64,000 nucleotides of DNA from Chrysomallon squamiferum (lineage: Eukaryota; Animalia; Mollusca), in assembly GCA_012295275.1 (NCBI GenBank), contig CM022665.1, forward strand, positions 38,378,001 through 38,442,000. Direction: 5' to 3'. Of this stretch, positions 42,054 to 56,203 are shown in pieces. The stretch's first letter is position 1. Each line of letters starts with the position of its first letter. Under the pieces are notes generated by a model. That model was given only the letters and a program-made list of their open reading frames with translations. It did no database searches and was not told where the DNA came from. Made by a program: the position numbers and the translations under genes.

Positions 42054-44548
42054 GTATCTGTATGTCTGTCTGTCTATCTGTATATCTATGTCTATATCAC
42101 TATCTACATCTATATTTCTCTCAATAAATAACGCTCATAAAATTAAGAAGGGTATTATAAATAAAAGATAAAGATAATACGAAAATAAAACAAATTAATT
42201 TAATAAGGTTTTCATTTTGTTTCAGCAAATACAACAAATATCGACAAAGACGCTCTGTACAACATTTTAAAACTTGCAAGTCTGAACAAAGATGTGATGT
42301 ACGATATCGTAACAAACAAGTCATCCAGAGAAAAGTGGGATTTTGGATCCGGTTTTGGTTTTGCCGTGTCAGTGGTCACTACAATAGGTAAGACAGTTGA
42401 TAAAGGTATGTTCGAAGTTACAGGACACACATACGTACGTACGCACTGTACATTTATAATAACACAGACATATTGTACGAACATACACATACCTAATTAT
42501 ATATCTACGTACGTACTGACCTACGTACCTACCTGCGTATGTACGTATATGCATACAAGGGTGTTTGTGTGTGTGTATATATGTGTTTCTGTGTGTTTGT
42601 ATGTATGTGCATATATAAACCTACATTCATACATGCGTATAAAAATACATAAATTACATCCCTTCATTTTTTTAGAAACACAAAAAGAAAACAAACAAAA
42701 TAAAAAATAAATAAAAACTAAAATAAAACAAAACAAAACAAAACAAAACAAAACAGATTAATAATAAAGAAACTTCCATAAAAATACAAATTGTTTTTAA
42801 TATCTAAATGTTATTCTTTTCTTCCGATCGTATCTTGACAAATAAGCTTCAGTCATTCATATTGATCTGAACTTGAGCGCGTTAACAGGTGCAAAATTAT
42901 GTTCAGGCCATTATTCTAATTACTTAATTTTCACGATAAAAAATGATGTACAAAAACAGCGGCAGAAACAGCTACAAGGTTTCAAAAATTACATGAAAAC
43001 TAAACATTGATTTTCACTACATCATTAAATATTCTAAATTTTCGAACGGTTCAGTATTGTGTTAATAAAACAGAAACAAAGAATGCAGTTTCATAGATTT
43101 GGGATTCGTCATTACAAATTATGCGAATTAATAATAGATTTTAATAACTAGACCGTGAACGTTTATGGTATACTGCACCATACAGAAGATGATCAATCAA
43201 ACAGATAATATTCACACACACGTGCACACGTGCACGCACGCACGCAAAAAAAAAAAAAATATATATATATAAAAATATGCAAACATACGTAAGTACATAT
43301 GCACACGCAGATATATATATGTATGTGTAGATACATACACACACAATAATACACATATACATACATAATATATATACACATACACACATACATACACACG
43401 TATATACTTCTAATTCCTTATTCGTGTGGTTCATTAGTTGATTTTTTGTCCAAATATATCCCTTTTCTTGCGATACCATACCATACCATACCATACCATG
43501 CCGTGCCATGCCATTTATACCATACCATTTTGTACCATATTATCCCACAGACAGCTGATTCATCCAGTTTTAAAACATTTTCGGTATTTCCATTTTACAA
43601 TTTTGAACCAGCTTTACTACGATGTAAGTAACATTAACCACGTTTCTAAAATGTAGCTAAAATCAGCACTGAAATCCAATTCACAAAATTTAACTAAAAT
43701 TTAACACATTGTTTTCTTTCACAGGTTACGGAAATATGGCACCACAAACTGTTCACGGGAAGGTTGTGTGTGTAGTGTACGCTTTCATTGGAATTCCTAT
43801 ATCCATCATAGTTCTGAGCGCCCTGGGACAGAAACTGGCACAAGTGTTCGCCAGAATTAACAAACTTCACATCTGTTCCAAAAAGCCAATGGTGAATAAG
43901 ACTGTCAACATGGTTATCATCATTAGCATGGGCTTAATTGTCATGTTTATGGCACCGGCTTACATACTCCATAAGATGGAGAACTGGGGATTAATGGAGT
44001 CATTGTATTTCTGTTTCATCACTCTTAGTACCATAGGATTTGGTGATTATATTATTGGTAAGTTTTCACTGATATTTTGACAGTACTGATGGTAAATATA
44101 CATTGATAGTTATACTATACTGATGATTATGTATTTTGACAAAAGTGATGGTATGTATTCGCTGATATTTTAAAGCATAGCCGGTTATGGCTTTGATTGT
44201 TTTTGTTAAAATGTATATATATCTTAATTAAGCTAAAAAATTCCTCAGAATCTGTCTCTCACAATATTTAAGAATGTTTACAGGATCTTCGTAAGATAAA
44301 ACGTAAAGGCGATGTAAATGTTGTCTTGTTTTTCGTAATTAATATAAAGATCGATCATCTGCAGTTATTTAAAAGAAAAAAAAAAAAAAAAATCTGAATT
44401 TTTACAATTTGTAAAAGACAAATATTTACAAATATCTATAAAAGAGTTTCGTGTTTTAATTGCTCACGAAAACTTATATGTAATGAATCTCTGTGCAGTC
44501 CCGAATTAAGTTGTGTAATTTTGCTCCTGTTATTAAAAGATATTCAAA

Positions 44549-44580
<32 letters not shown>

Positions 44581-45016
44581 TAGGTAATGAAAGAAACAGA
44601 GAAGCCTTCGAAATAGCCGTGTACGTATGGATACTGTTTGGTCTTGCGTATTTGTCACTCGTCATCAAATACATCACAGACGTCTTGGTCAACGGTGCTA
44701 GCAAAGTTGAACGGCGGACGATAAGGAAACTGGAAGTAAGTCACTGAGAACCTGTATCTTGCCCAATGTGCGTGCGTGTGCTAGTACGTGTGTACACACA
44801 CACGTGACGGTTCTGTAACAGTCTGTTTATTTATTCTCTCTTTATCTTTCTTTTTCTTTCTTTTTTCAGACGGAAATTGAGAAAATTCAAGAAAAAACGA
44901 ACAATTTGTTACCGGTGCTGGGACACAGCGGCAAAGAGAAAGAAGTAACGCAAGGTTCCGTGAGACTCGACTCAGGCAGATCAAACATTGAATTAGTCAG
45001 TGTGAACCACATATGA
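38797..45016 (+). CDS. Two-pore domain potassium channel (K2P/KCNK family), 311 aa, 5 exons (38797-38938, 42226-42387, 43725-44057, 44584-44735, 44870-45016)
   Basis: M1 LFLIAILVIYLCLGSLMFGALE; P1 WDFGSGFGFAVSVVTTIGYGNMAPQT; M2 VCVVYAFIGIP; P2 ESLYFCFITLSTIGFGDY; M4 VYVWILFGLAYLSLVI. 936 nt in frame with GT-AG introns. Subfamily not assigned. Confidence 0.92.
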
Positions 45017-47452
45017 GAAAATCGTCATATTTTAAAAAAACAAGTGTGTTTGACACCTAATAATCGTTTATAATAAAGTGTGGTTAAAGCAATATCCCAG
45101 TCAACCATAATTGTGACAAAACAGTTATAAAAAAAACACGTATGTTTGATATCTGGCATCGTTGGTAATAACATGTGCTCAGAATGTTGTTAAAGCAATA
45201 TTTAATAATTCAGTCAGGAATGTGTGTATGTATGTGTGTGTGTGTGAATGTGTGTGTGTGAAATGACTGGTTACTGTGTTAAGATATCGGCTTTATCTTG
45301 CGAAGATAAAAATGCCGAATTGCTGCGAGGCTATGTCGAGCTGCATTCGACCCGAGGATAAGCTATCTTAAGACAGGAATCTGTTATCGTGCAATCGTAA
45401 ATAATAAAACATTAAATGAAATTAACTATTTTACTTCTTAAATCTCTGCTCTCGAGAGTAGTAGGTTCACGCGTATAGATTTCGTTGACACGTTTAAAAA
45501 AACCCATCAAAACAAAAGTTTTAAAATAACAATTTGTTATTTTTTGAAAATGAAAACCGTCTTCAAAATGTTTTTTTGTTTTGTTTGTTTTTAAATTTAA
45601 ACCAGCAACTAAATAGTAACGAAGTAACTTTGAACCACAACACACACACACACACACACATGCTATTAAAATGGAACAGGCTTTTGTCAGTGCTGATACA
45701 GCAGCTGCAAAACAGTAAAGTTTACTGTATAAATTCAATATCTGTGACATAGAATTGTATTAATTACAAAAACAGTGTGAAATACTGAAATAAACAATAT
45801 TCACTGGTGACGGAATTTCTGTTACATAACTAATTATTCTGGAATAATGTGTGCCTATACATGTATATGTATGTGTGTGTGTGTGTGTTTGTGTATTCTG
45901 CATGTTCAAAGGTAAGAAATAACATACATGTAGCAAAATGGCCCTCAATTCTAAGGTTAGATATATTTACATTGTGTAATATTTACACTTTTTATCATTT
46001 ATTTAAGAACACAAAATTTGTGTTATCACGTAATGAAAACAGGTAAATTTCATTCTGTAATAAATACTGTTTTATTTCATTTGTTAATATAAAACAAATT
46101 GTCACTGCTTTTTTTGTTTTTGTTTTTTTAAATTTCTATGTTTGAATGTAGTCTTCATTATATAATAAATTTTAGAAGACTCTGGTTTGCTTCCTCAATA
46201 AATATATAATTTTTATCTTTAATGTTTTTATGATGCATATTATGCAACCATGTATTGAATCAATAATTCATCTACATTTATAAATATTTATTTAAAACTG
46301 AAACATTTTATATTTAAATCTGTTACACTATTTCTTGTAATATCACTGTTATATAACTTTCAATGTTAATTTAAATGACAGATGTTGGAAATAAATCTAT
46401 GTATGTTGTTGTTTTTTAAGAAATATACTATCTGTACAGGTTGAAAAGAAAAACCATATCTGAAATGCATGGAATAGCTAGAAAACATGATCAGGTACGA
46501 AATACATTTATCTTTCACAAACAGTGCATACACAGATTATCTGCAGCTGGTTTCATATAATTGTTTTAATAATTTTTGGCACGAAATAGAGTTTATTCTG
46601 TATAAACCTTATGGTATCACTACTTTGGCTGCTCAAAAAGAAAAGTTTGGAAGTTATGAATTTTTTTAACTCTAGGTTAAAAAATCTTCAAGCTCTATGT
46701 TTAAAATCAATACACTGTGATATAAACCAGTGGCTTACATACATTTTGCCTATTTTGTGCTCCTGATATCATAACAATAAATAATATAAATAATTAGTGT
46801 GCAAATAATTATGGATCGTACCCTTTTCTCTTCTCTCTCATTATAAAATATGATTTATACACTGTATAAAATTAAAACTGATAACGACAATCGCAGACTG
46901 ACCTTTAAAAGTTTAATAGTTGTAAATGTTTAACAAAACATTGAGAATATCTTGTATGAAAAAGATAAAATATACAAATGTCATTGTTAATTAACTGATA
47001 TCTGATAAGCATACAATTATGACAGTATTTATAAATGCATTTAACATGACACTTTGAGAAAGGGTGTGAAATTGGCTAATGTTATTTATTTATGTAATTA
47101 GCAACACAAATAAATGTTACTGTACTGTGTTGTATAGTGCATAAAATATATGTTAAAACCTCAACAATTGCCGATTTTTTTTAAATTTCTCAATTATCAT
47201 TATTTTGTCAACATGCAGTATATTTATTGTTGTAAAAGTACCAGCAAAAGGATAATTTATACATTCCTTTAACCACAATAATAACGATTTTTGGTTGGTT
47301 TGGAAAATAGCTTTACATGATGGAAAATCAGAGACAATATTAACTCCTTGACTGCGTGCACCACAATAGTTTTCGTTTATTTTATTTTCTTTTCTGTGAT
47401 AACACTCAGCTGAAACTCCTGTTCCAAGGAAGACTTTTACAAGACAGAAATG

Positions 47453-48904
47453 TTAGAATATTTGTAGGTGAGGTCCTCGAGGATCATAGGGCATAATACT
47501 CCTCTCATCTTCTCCATATCCACACAGCATGCAGCTCATCTCATACAACTGTCAAAAAAATAAGTCTGCTGGTAGTTCACTGGTTTGGGGTATTCTTTAA
47601 AGTCATTTAAATATTTAAGTTCAGTCTGAAGATTATAACATCCTCAATGGAGATTGAATGATAAAAAATGGTTTCAAATGATTAAAAGTTATATATATTA
47701 AAAAATGATATCATTTTAAATTTAATTGACATAGACACATAAAAACACACACACGTGTATGTGTATGTGTATGTGTATGTGTGTTTGTATGTGTGCATGC
47801 ATGTGTGTTTTTATGTCTGTGTACATCTGATTATATAAAGTTACAGAAATGAGGAGAAAACTGTTAGTACCTGAAATTGCCCGTCTACTCTGAAAACATG
47901 TTGATGTTCTGCAATTTCATGCTGGCAGTGAGAACACACATCTGTAATAATAAAAATGTGATATTAATATTTCAAGAAATATTTAATCATTATTATTATT
48001 ATTATCTCAGAATAGCTGCTGTTCCATTGCTGCATACTGCAATGACATAAGATGTGTTTTCAGAAACATATTACCTAATAACCAAGCAAAATTAGTTTTT
48101 CAAAGTGCTAAACTAGATTGTAGAAGAAATATTTGCATACATATACAGACATGAATATATGCATTTTGTGTGCATTATATATAATTAAATATTTTTTTTA
48201 TGTCTTAAATCTACATTCAGAGTTAAATGTAATTTACTCAAAAAAAAAAAAGAATTTTTTGTAATAATATCAATATCCTACGTTTAAATGTTACAACTTC
48301 AACATTATCTTCCTCTGTAGTTATCAAATTATTAACTCTAATACTGTCGTAGTTATCACACTCAGCACATCCATTGAAATTTGGCATATAACATCCCTTT
48401 TCAATACAAACTGTTCCCTGTAACAGAAAATAGAAAACTGTTATCATTTGGAATATTTTTGTTTGCTAAACACAAATAAATATTTTGTAATTAATGGGTT
48501 TTTTTTTGTTTTTTTTGTTTTTTTTGCAGTCGCCATCTGTTTAAAATCATTTAGAAATAATAATGTGAATAAAATCATTGTAAAATGTATTAACATCATG
48601 TTTAAATTAAAAAGAATGGGTTATGTTTATATCAAGTATTATAGTCTTGATGGTGCTACTTTGGCGTGTGATCTACGCGAATGACTGATGATTACATTTA
48701 CACTTTTACAGTATTAACTATTATCATTATGAGTATACAGTATACTAATCAACTAAATACTAATTGATTATTTTAAAGTAAACTTTAAGAGATTCAATTA
48801 TCAGTTCCATTTCTAATTCCAACTATGTACACATAATGCTTTAAAACAATTTATATAAAATATACCCGATCGGGATATTCCTGTTTTACACAATCCATAC
48901 ACAT
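47453..48904 (-). CDS. CHURC1: Churchill zinc-binding protein, 113 aa, 4 exons (48904-48866, 48417-48282, 47941-47871, 47548-47453)
   Basis: MCMDCVKQEYPDRGTVCIEKGCYMPNFNGCAEC...VVTFKHVCSHCQHEIAEHQHVFRVDGQFQLYEMSCMLCGYGEDERSIMPYDPR. Length and Cys/His pattern fit Churchill; 342 nt in frame. Confidence 0.93.
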
Positions 48905-49102
48905 TTTTGTTTACGAAAGTTCAACAAAATGGTTTCTTCCTTGTTTATACAAACAGCAACGAAACTGATACGCTGTTATGAAGCGGAAATGCAGTAAGGA
49001 AAGCAAATCATCGGTGTCCGTCAATTTTATATGGGAGATAACCACATAAGACTGTAGCAGACGACGAATGTCACTGAATGTAGAACTCGATAATGAAGAT
49101 TC

Positions 49103-49130
49103 TTCTAGAGCAGTGGTTCCAGCCTTTTTT
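49103..49130 (+). mobile_element. Orphan hAT-Charlie-like terminus (TTCTAGAG + CAGTGGTTCCAGCCTTTTTT)
   Basis: An NTCTAGAN target site directly followed by a CAGTGGTTCCCAACCTTTT-like TIR; no partner end seen. Confidence 0.45.
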
Positions 49131-50887
49131 GCAGTTTTATTACTTTTATTTTATTATTATTATTTTTTTTTTAATTTTTTTTTTTACATCAGTGATGTTA
49201 AATTATTAATAACGTTTTTATTGTGAACAGTTATGCACAGGTTAAGGCTTATATGAGTAAAAAAATGTTAAAACTAATCGAATGAAAATAACACAGGATA
49301 ATTTATATATCCGAGGTACGTGACAAAATCGTACTTTTCGCGATTACCCTAGTCTACCATGATAAAGGTAGCGTTTGTATCCAGCTGACATGAACGACTT
49401 CCATAAAGTGTTGCAGTTCGTTCATTTAAAAAATGTCCATGATAAAACTCTTTTTAGTAACTAAGCACACATATTTCTCCACTGTTTCACATTCGAATTA
49501 TTCCTTTTGTTGTTTTAGAAGAAGTAATTTTACTTTTCCGACGAATAATAGTTTCACATAATCATTCAGATGAAAAAAAAAGTTCATCTATATCAGATAG
49601 TTAACTTTATTTGTGCAAAATATTATCAAAATTTGACACTTATCACCTTGTCTAAATTCCGTCAAAATCATCCGATTTGTCAGTATGGATCGTAAACAAA
49701 CCATTACGCCTGTTACGTCACGTAAAGAAAGTGCCATTTGATTCTCTGGGTTTTTTTTTTTTTTTTTAAATTATTATTACTTTTTAAAATTTATTATTAT
49801 TTTATAAAATAACATTATAATATATATATACTTGCTTGTTTTGAGAAGTGTCCATTCAGAAGGTTTTTTAATTACTATATTTCAAACATTTTTATTCCTC
49901 GTCGTCCATATTGTTAATTTATTCTGTTAGTAGATTTGTTCTTCATATCTAGTGTACCTTTTTCTTTTTGAACTTGATATCCTCCAAATCTCATACAGTT
50001 ACCTTACTTTTTAAGGGAGATATTAGAATTTAATGAACAAAGATCATACCATTTGTTAAGTAAAGCTTGAGAGAATAAAAAGGGGGGGGGGAATTAACCT
50101 AATTTTCGCATTATAAAATTGCCATTACTCCATCATAAAAATGGTATCATTTCATTGTTTTTTCCATGCTCTTTCCAATGATGCAGAAATAATTTTTATT
50201 GTAAAGACTTTTTTTTTTTATGTCGCATATGTTATATCCATAGTGTTACAGTAACATTTTTCAACAACAACAATAATAATAGATACTTTCTTGCTTCGAG
50301 GTTTTTTAGAACACACGGGAAAAATCATGGAATCAAATGCAAAGAAAAGTATCAATACAGAAACAAAAAAACTGTGGAAGATTCAAAAGTCTGTTGATTG
50401 GAAATAAAAGTAAATATAATTTAAGAACAACCAAATTAATAAATCTTAGTTTTAGTCAATGACACCAGCTTTAGGTAAAAGACATTTTTTTTGGCATCCA
50501 CACCTAGAATCAGTATTGCTGCAGGTAGCACTGAAAGCTACATTTTTCAGGTTTATAATTTTTATACAATTTATATGAGTTCTCGAACACATTTACGTTT
50601 TAATTTGATGTTGCTGAATCATAACACAATTATTTATAAATAAGATGAAAACTGGTAAATGTTTACTAAACTTTCCATTACTTTATTTATTTTTTAATTA
50701 TATGTAATAATGAAATTACATTATCCTTTGATCTATTTATTTATTTATTTTATTTTGACAGAGATAGTTTTGTTATTTCGACGCTAATGTTTTTTAATCC
50801 GTTGGCATAATTTGCAAGTTCGACAACTCTGATAACTTTACTGGTGTCGACATTTGAGATGCTTTAGATAAAATTATTGCTATTTTA

Positions 50888-50929
<42 letters not shown>

Positions 50930-53900
50930 TTTTATTTTCAAATTTATTATTATTTTTTTTTAATTATTTTCTTTATGCAGACATACTTGATATGTTTATT
51001 AATGGGTTTTTTGTGTGTGTGTTTTTTTTTCCCTTCCCCCAGCCCTCTTAGGAAATTAGGTTAATCACACCTTGTAGTTTTAAACCACTTTATATTACAT
51101 TTCTGTGTTGTATCTGATAGTATTGTTACAAAGTGTATAGATACTGACTGCAAAGACATAAACATAGTTAATTTAATACTCTGAACAATGAGTGTCAGTA
51201 TCAAAATTCAGACACAAAATTAAATACCGTAAAGATTTGTGATTATATCAGAACTTTAAAACTTTGCAGTAAGTTAAGTGGCTAGTAATTAATATCGTAT
51301 TACTTTAAATCATCTTTCATATATATATATAAAATCACAGAAAATAAAAGAACAAATAAAATACCCTTGAACTATAACAACAGAGCTATAGCTTGTTCCT
51401 AATCATAATCGAATCTGCCTTCAATTTAGTTAGATTTATAAATCATATAAACGGAAACATTATATTTTAGTAAATATAATTTATTCTTCTTTCTCTGTTG
51501 AGGATTACTGAGTCTGTACTTTTTTTAAAAACTTTTTTTTTTAAACTTAGAGTTTTTTGTTGTTGTTATAAAATCGTTTAGATATACTTTAGTTTGATTG
51601 AAAATGAAATTCATTCGATTTCAGCTGGTGAAACCCAAGATGTAAGATCTTTAGAGAAGCACACAAAACAGTACTGTGAGTTTGAACTGAATAATAACAC
51701 AGTGGTCGACATCAGTGATGACCTGAATACAAATCCTCTAAGGTTTAAAACTACTTCTTCTTAAATATTTTCTGAAAAAATAAAAAATAAAAAATTAAAA
51801 AATAGAAACAATTAGAAAACAGAAACAATCAACAACCATGCCCACAAAATGTCACAGAAACATATCTCCCCCGATCTTATGGTTCTGTAATATGTGTATA
51901 AAATGTAAGCTTTCAAACCTTTAAAAGATTTAATAACTTGCTTTCCCATTCGTTATAAGCACTTGCGCATTAAATAACTTTGTGATGACTACAAATATAT
52001 TTCACGAGAAATAATAAATTAACTATGAAAACATGTACATTTTTAACCTCTTTGTTATAGAATATGTGTACAATCTAAATAATTTACAACAAACAGTAAA
52101 TCATTTGCATGAAAATAATACGGTTGATGTGTATAAAAGTATAATTAAATAATCAGAATTTAATAGGGATATTATTAATAGGGCTGTTGTATAAAAATGA
52201 AAACTAAATGTAGATTAATATACAAAATCAGAAACTTTGCCCAAGCCAGGCACGTTTTTAAAGTTCTCACAGTTATCTTCAGCTACAAATGTGATCGTTT
52301 TGGTCGCTTGTAGAAGAAAGGTGTCCAGTGAGACGCATTATTACGAGAAGAACATTGCGTCATTGTAAGCGTTTGACAGAACAAGAACAAAAAAAGAAAT
52401 AAAAAAAGCAAGAGAAAAGGCCCGTGAAAGAAAAAAACGTTTCAACAGTAAAGAAAAAGGAATAGAGAAAAAGGTTTGCATGCTTTTTTAAAATCCAAAT
52501 AATATAATATAAACAAAATTATAGAAACTTACTACATTTGCATGCATTGGATAGTATGTTGGCAAATTGTTTGATGATAATCATTACAGCTTTAGTCAAT
52601 AAGGAAAAATAATGTTTAACAATAAAATCAGCACAATTTTATATGGCGGCATTGTTGAAGGCATGCAAATAATGAGAGAGGAAACTCTTTATCAGTTAAT
52701 AACAAAACTGTTTTTCTCTTAGTAAGGAAAACACACAAAATGTTAAATCATCAAGGAGCAATGATCAGAATGGGAAATAACATCGCCCTGCTGAAGAACT
52801 GCACGATTAATCCAAAGTAATAAACTATCACACGTCGGTTTATACTATCACATTTATATCAGAAGTATTCAAAGTTTAACGAGGGCTTTATAAATCAAAA
52901 ATAGTAAATTCATCAGACAGTATAATCACTTTTTCTTGTTCATAATTTGTCATAATAGATCAATAAGGAAGAGTTGGCAATAGAAACTTTTTAAAAAAGC
53001 AATTAAACGTGAAGAATTTATTGTCCCTTCAGAAACTGTAACCAGTAAGAACTGAGAGTTTGCTCTAGTACTACCTGGCTGTCATGTTTTTTCAGAGTAA
53101 AAGAAATAAAAGACGAGTGAAGTACACGTGAAGAGTGGCTATTTGTGGACGTACAGCACGATTACAAATATTGATATTATTCAACAACAAGCAGAGAAAA
53201 GAACAGCCTGGATGTAAAACATGTAGCTAAGGAGCTAATACTGATAAAAACGTCATGTCGGAGTCATTTGTAATAACTCATTGATCTTAGTGCTTGGGAT
53301 TAATGTGTTGCTGATAAGGGGAACAAGAAAAATATTTGTGTTTGCAAGCAGCGGTTTCTGTTATTCGAATATCGTTATACGTTTGTTCAAATACATGTAA
53401 TGTTAACTTATTATTTTTGTAGAAATCAAATTGCTGGGAACGAATGTAGGGTAAAAAGAAAATAGTGTTTTAGCTCTATATGAAGACATTTATTTTAAAT
53501 TCAAATCTTCAGTAAAAGTCGCAAGAGAAAATACCAAACATTTTCAAAACAATATGATTAAGAGACAATATTTGTATGTTCAACAATTCTTTTCCTTTAA
53601 CCAACACAAATATCGTAATTTTTTCACATTACGATGAAAAATAATTATGGCAGTTTTCTTTATATCGGGTGTTAGATCTAGACAGACAGGGTCTAAAAAA
53701 TACCGTGCCAGTCGGTGACACATAAACCGAATTTGGACGGCCTGTACCTAATCGATTAACTTCCTAAGGCACTATTCAAACTAATTTATGACGTTCTAGC
53801 TTTTCGTTCTAAGGACAAAATTTGTGAAAAATTTTTTTTTACCGATGTTTGAAATTATTTTGCCTTATTGTTCAGAATGTGATGTCGCAACAATGATAAT

Positions 53901-55406
53901 AATAAACTCACTGAATTAATTTTTACGTTATGGTTTAAACTCATTTCGAACCATTTCAGTATATTCATACACCCGTGCATTGCAGAGTAACACTATTCAT
54001 TATATCCAGCCTGAACATTCACACAAAAACAATGTTATCGTTCCCCCGCACCGCCACTGCGGTTACAGTTCAGCAACTACGTAAAGCCAGGAGATTGCTA
54101 TCTTAATGTTTTGCATTTTCGTGCTGTGTTGATTGTTGTTCTTGCCCATGATCGATATACATTAAAGGTAATTTTCGACAAGCCACCATAACATCTCTAG
54201 ATGTTTAAGTATTTGAAAACAATATCTACATGGAAAATCCATATGCACTGTTATCAATCAGTTGTTTGGCTGTCACAAAAGGTGTTCTGATTTTGCCACT
54301 TAATCAGTCAAGAAACGAAGACTACAGATACAAATAGTCATTAAAACCACGGCTCTGTTCGCATGGTATTTGAGTATTTTGGAGCGTGCTGTGCATAGAC
54401 ATTTATTTATAAAAATATCCACACGTCTGCAATTTATCTTATACACGACATTATTATAATTTTTTCTGTTTTTCTTTATTTTTTTTTTTTTTTTTAAATC
54501 TGTATCAGGGCTCCATATTCAAATTTAAAAGATTATTTATTAAAAAAAAAAAAAAAAAATCTTTAAAAATAGACACTTTATATATTATATTATATTATAT
54601 TATATCATGTTGATTATTTTATTTATTTCATTATTTATTATTCATCCATTCATTTATCAGTTCATTCATTCGTTATTTATTTATTTACAGCAGTATTTAT
54701 GAACGAAGGTGTGTATACTTTTCAAAAGCGCATTTGGTTTGAATCTGATACTATTATTACTCATTGGCCTTTCTTGAAATTTATTACATTATCATAAAAC
54801 AAAAATAATTAAAACACATTTTAAAAGACGTAAAATGTCTTTTTGCCATGATTCTAACATATATTCCTTTACCTGCCTACTTACCTACCTACCTACATGC
54901 ATATGCAAATATATTATATATGAAACTATTTCAACATAATGATCAAACAAACAAACAAACAAAAAAAAAAAAAAAGGGATTAAAGTTACTGGTTTTCTTT
55001 ACATGAAATAATCGTAATTATCTTCTGACAAAAATAATTTGCTATACCGCTGTGAATGTTCTGTAGATTGATTATCAGTCATTGTTCACTTAAAAACCCA
55101 AATATTTCTTATTGTTGTTAGACGGTTTATTATTATTACAAATGTAGTGTTTTAAAAAATCAGATACATTTTTTTTTTAAATCCTTTTTTGCCTATGTTA
55201 ATAATGCACCGGATCTAATACTCAAAATACGTACTCAAAATTATTTGCTGAAAGGTTTAGCATTAATTACTTCTCAGTTATATTTTGAAGGAGTGACAAT
55301 TTGATTCTGGAAGAATTTCAGTTATTTTGATTCTGAGAGAATTTCAGGTATTTGATTTTCGGATATCCAGGCAAAATGTTTGAATTATTAAAGACCAACA
55401 CAGGAC

Positions 55407-55437
<31 letters not shown>

Positions 55438-55555
55438 GGTCGATATCCCGCCGTGTTTATTCGAAACGTAAACTACTTGATATATGATTATACAGACAAA
55501 ATGAATCCTCTTTACATGTCTTTGTATCTATCTATCTATCCATCCACATACATAC

Positions 55556-55637
<82 letters not shown>

Positions 55638-56145
55638 CATTTTGATTTAAAATACTAATTCAAATTATCTTAGTAGTTTGAGTCTTTTGATGAACCTTGT
55701 GTTATAAACTACTTACATTTGTAAAGAATATTAACCCTAGTAGTTCATCTTAATAATTCTTTATCTGCGAAAAATAAGAATGCTGCCACGAGACCAGATA
55801 TTTAAGTGGCATAAACAGTAATGAGTTGTTATTCCAATCTATTAACCTCTGGCATACATCCTGTTTACTACACTTGAACTGTTGTTTAAACAGGTATGTA
55901 TAAATGTTTGGGGCTGTGGTACACTTAAGTACATTCGAGTAAAGTACAGCAACATAATCTTACTTATACTACACCCATGCTAGAATTATATTTATTTGGC
56001 CGATGTTAAGTTTGACAATTTACATTAATAATAAAAACAACAGCAGCAAAATGTTAATAAGAACCTTCTGATCAACCACAGCAGCAGCAACAATAGCATA
56101 AAAAAAACCCAGTAAAGTCATTAGCCAAAAATTATATTATTATTA

Positions 56146-56203
<58 letters not shown>

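Noticed and set aside
45279-45415. Repeat-like segment with short inverted ends (TTAAGATA...TATCTTAA)
   Set aside because: May be a MITE remnant but is single-copy in this window and cannot be classified by eye.
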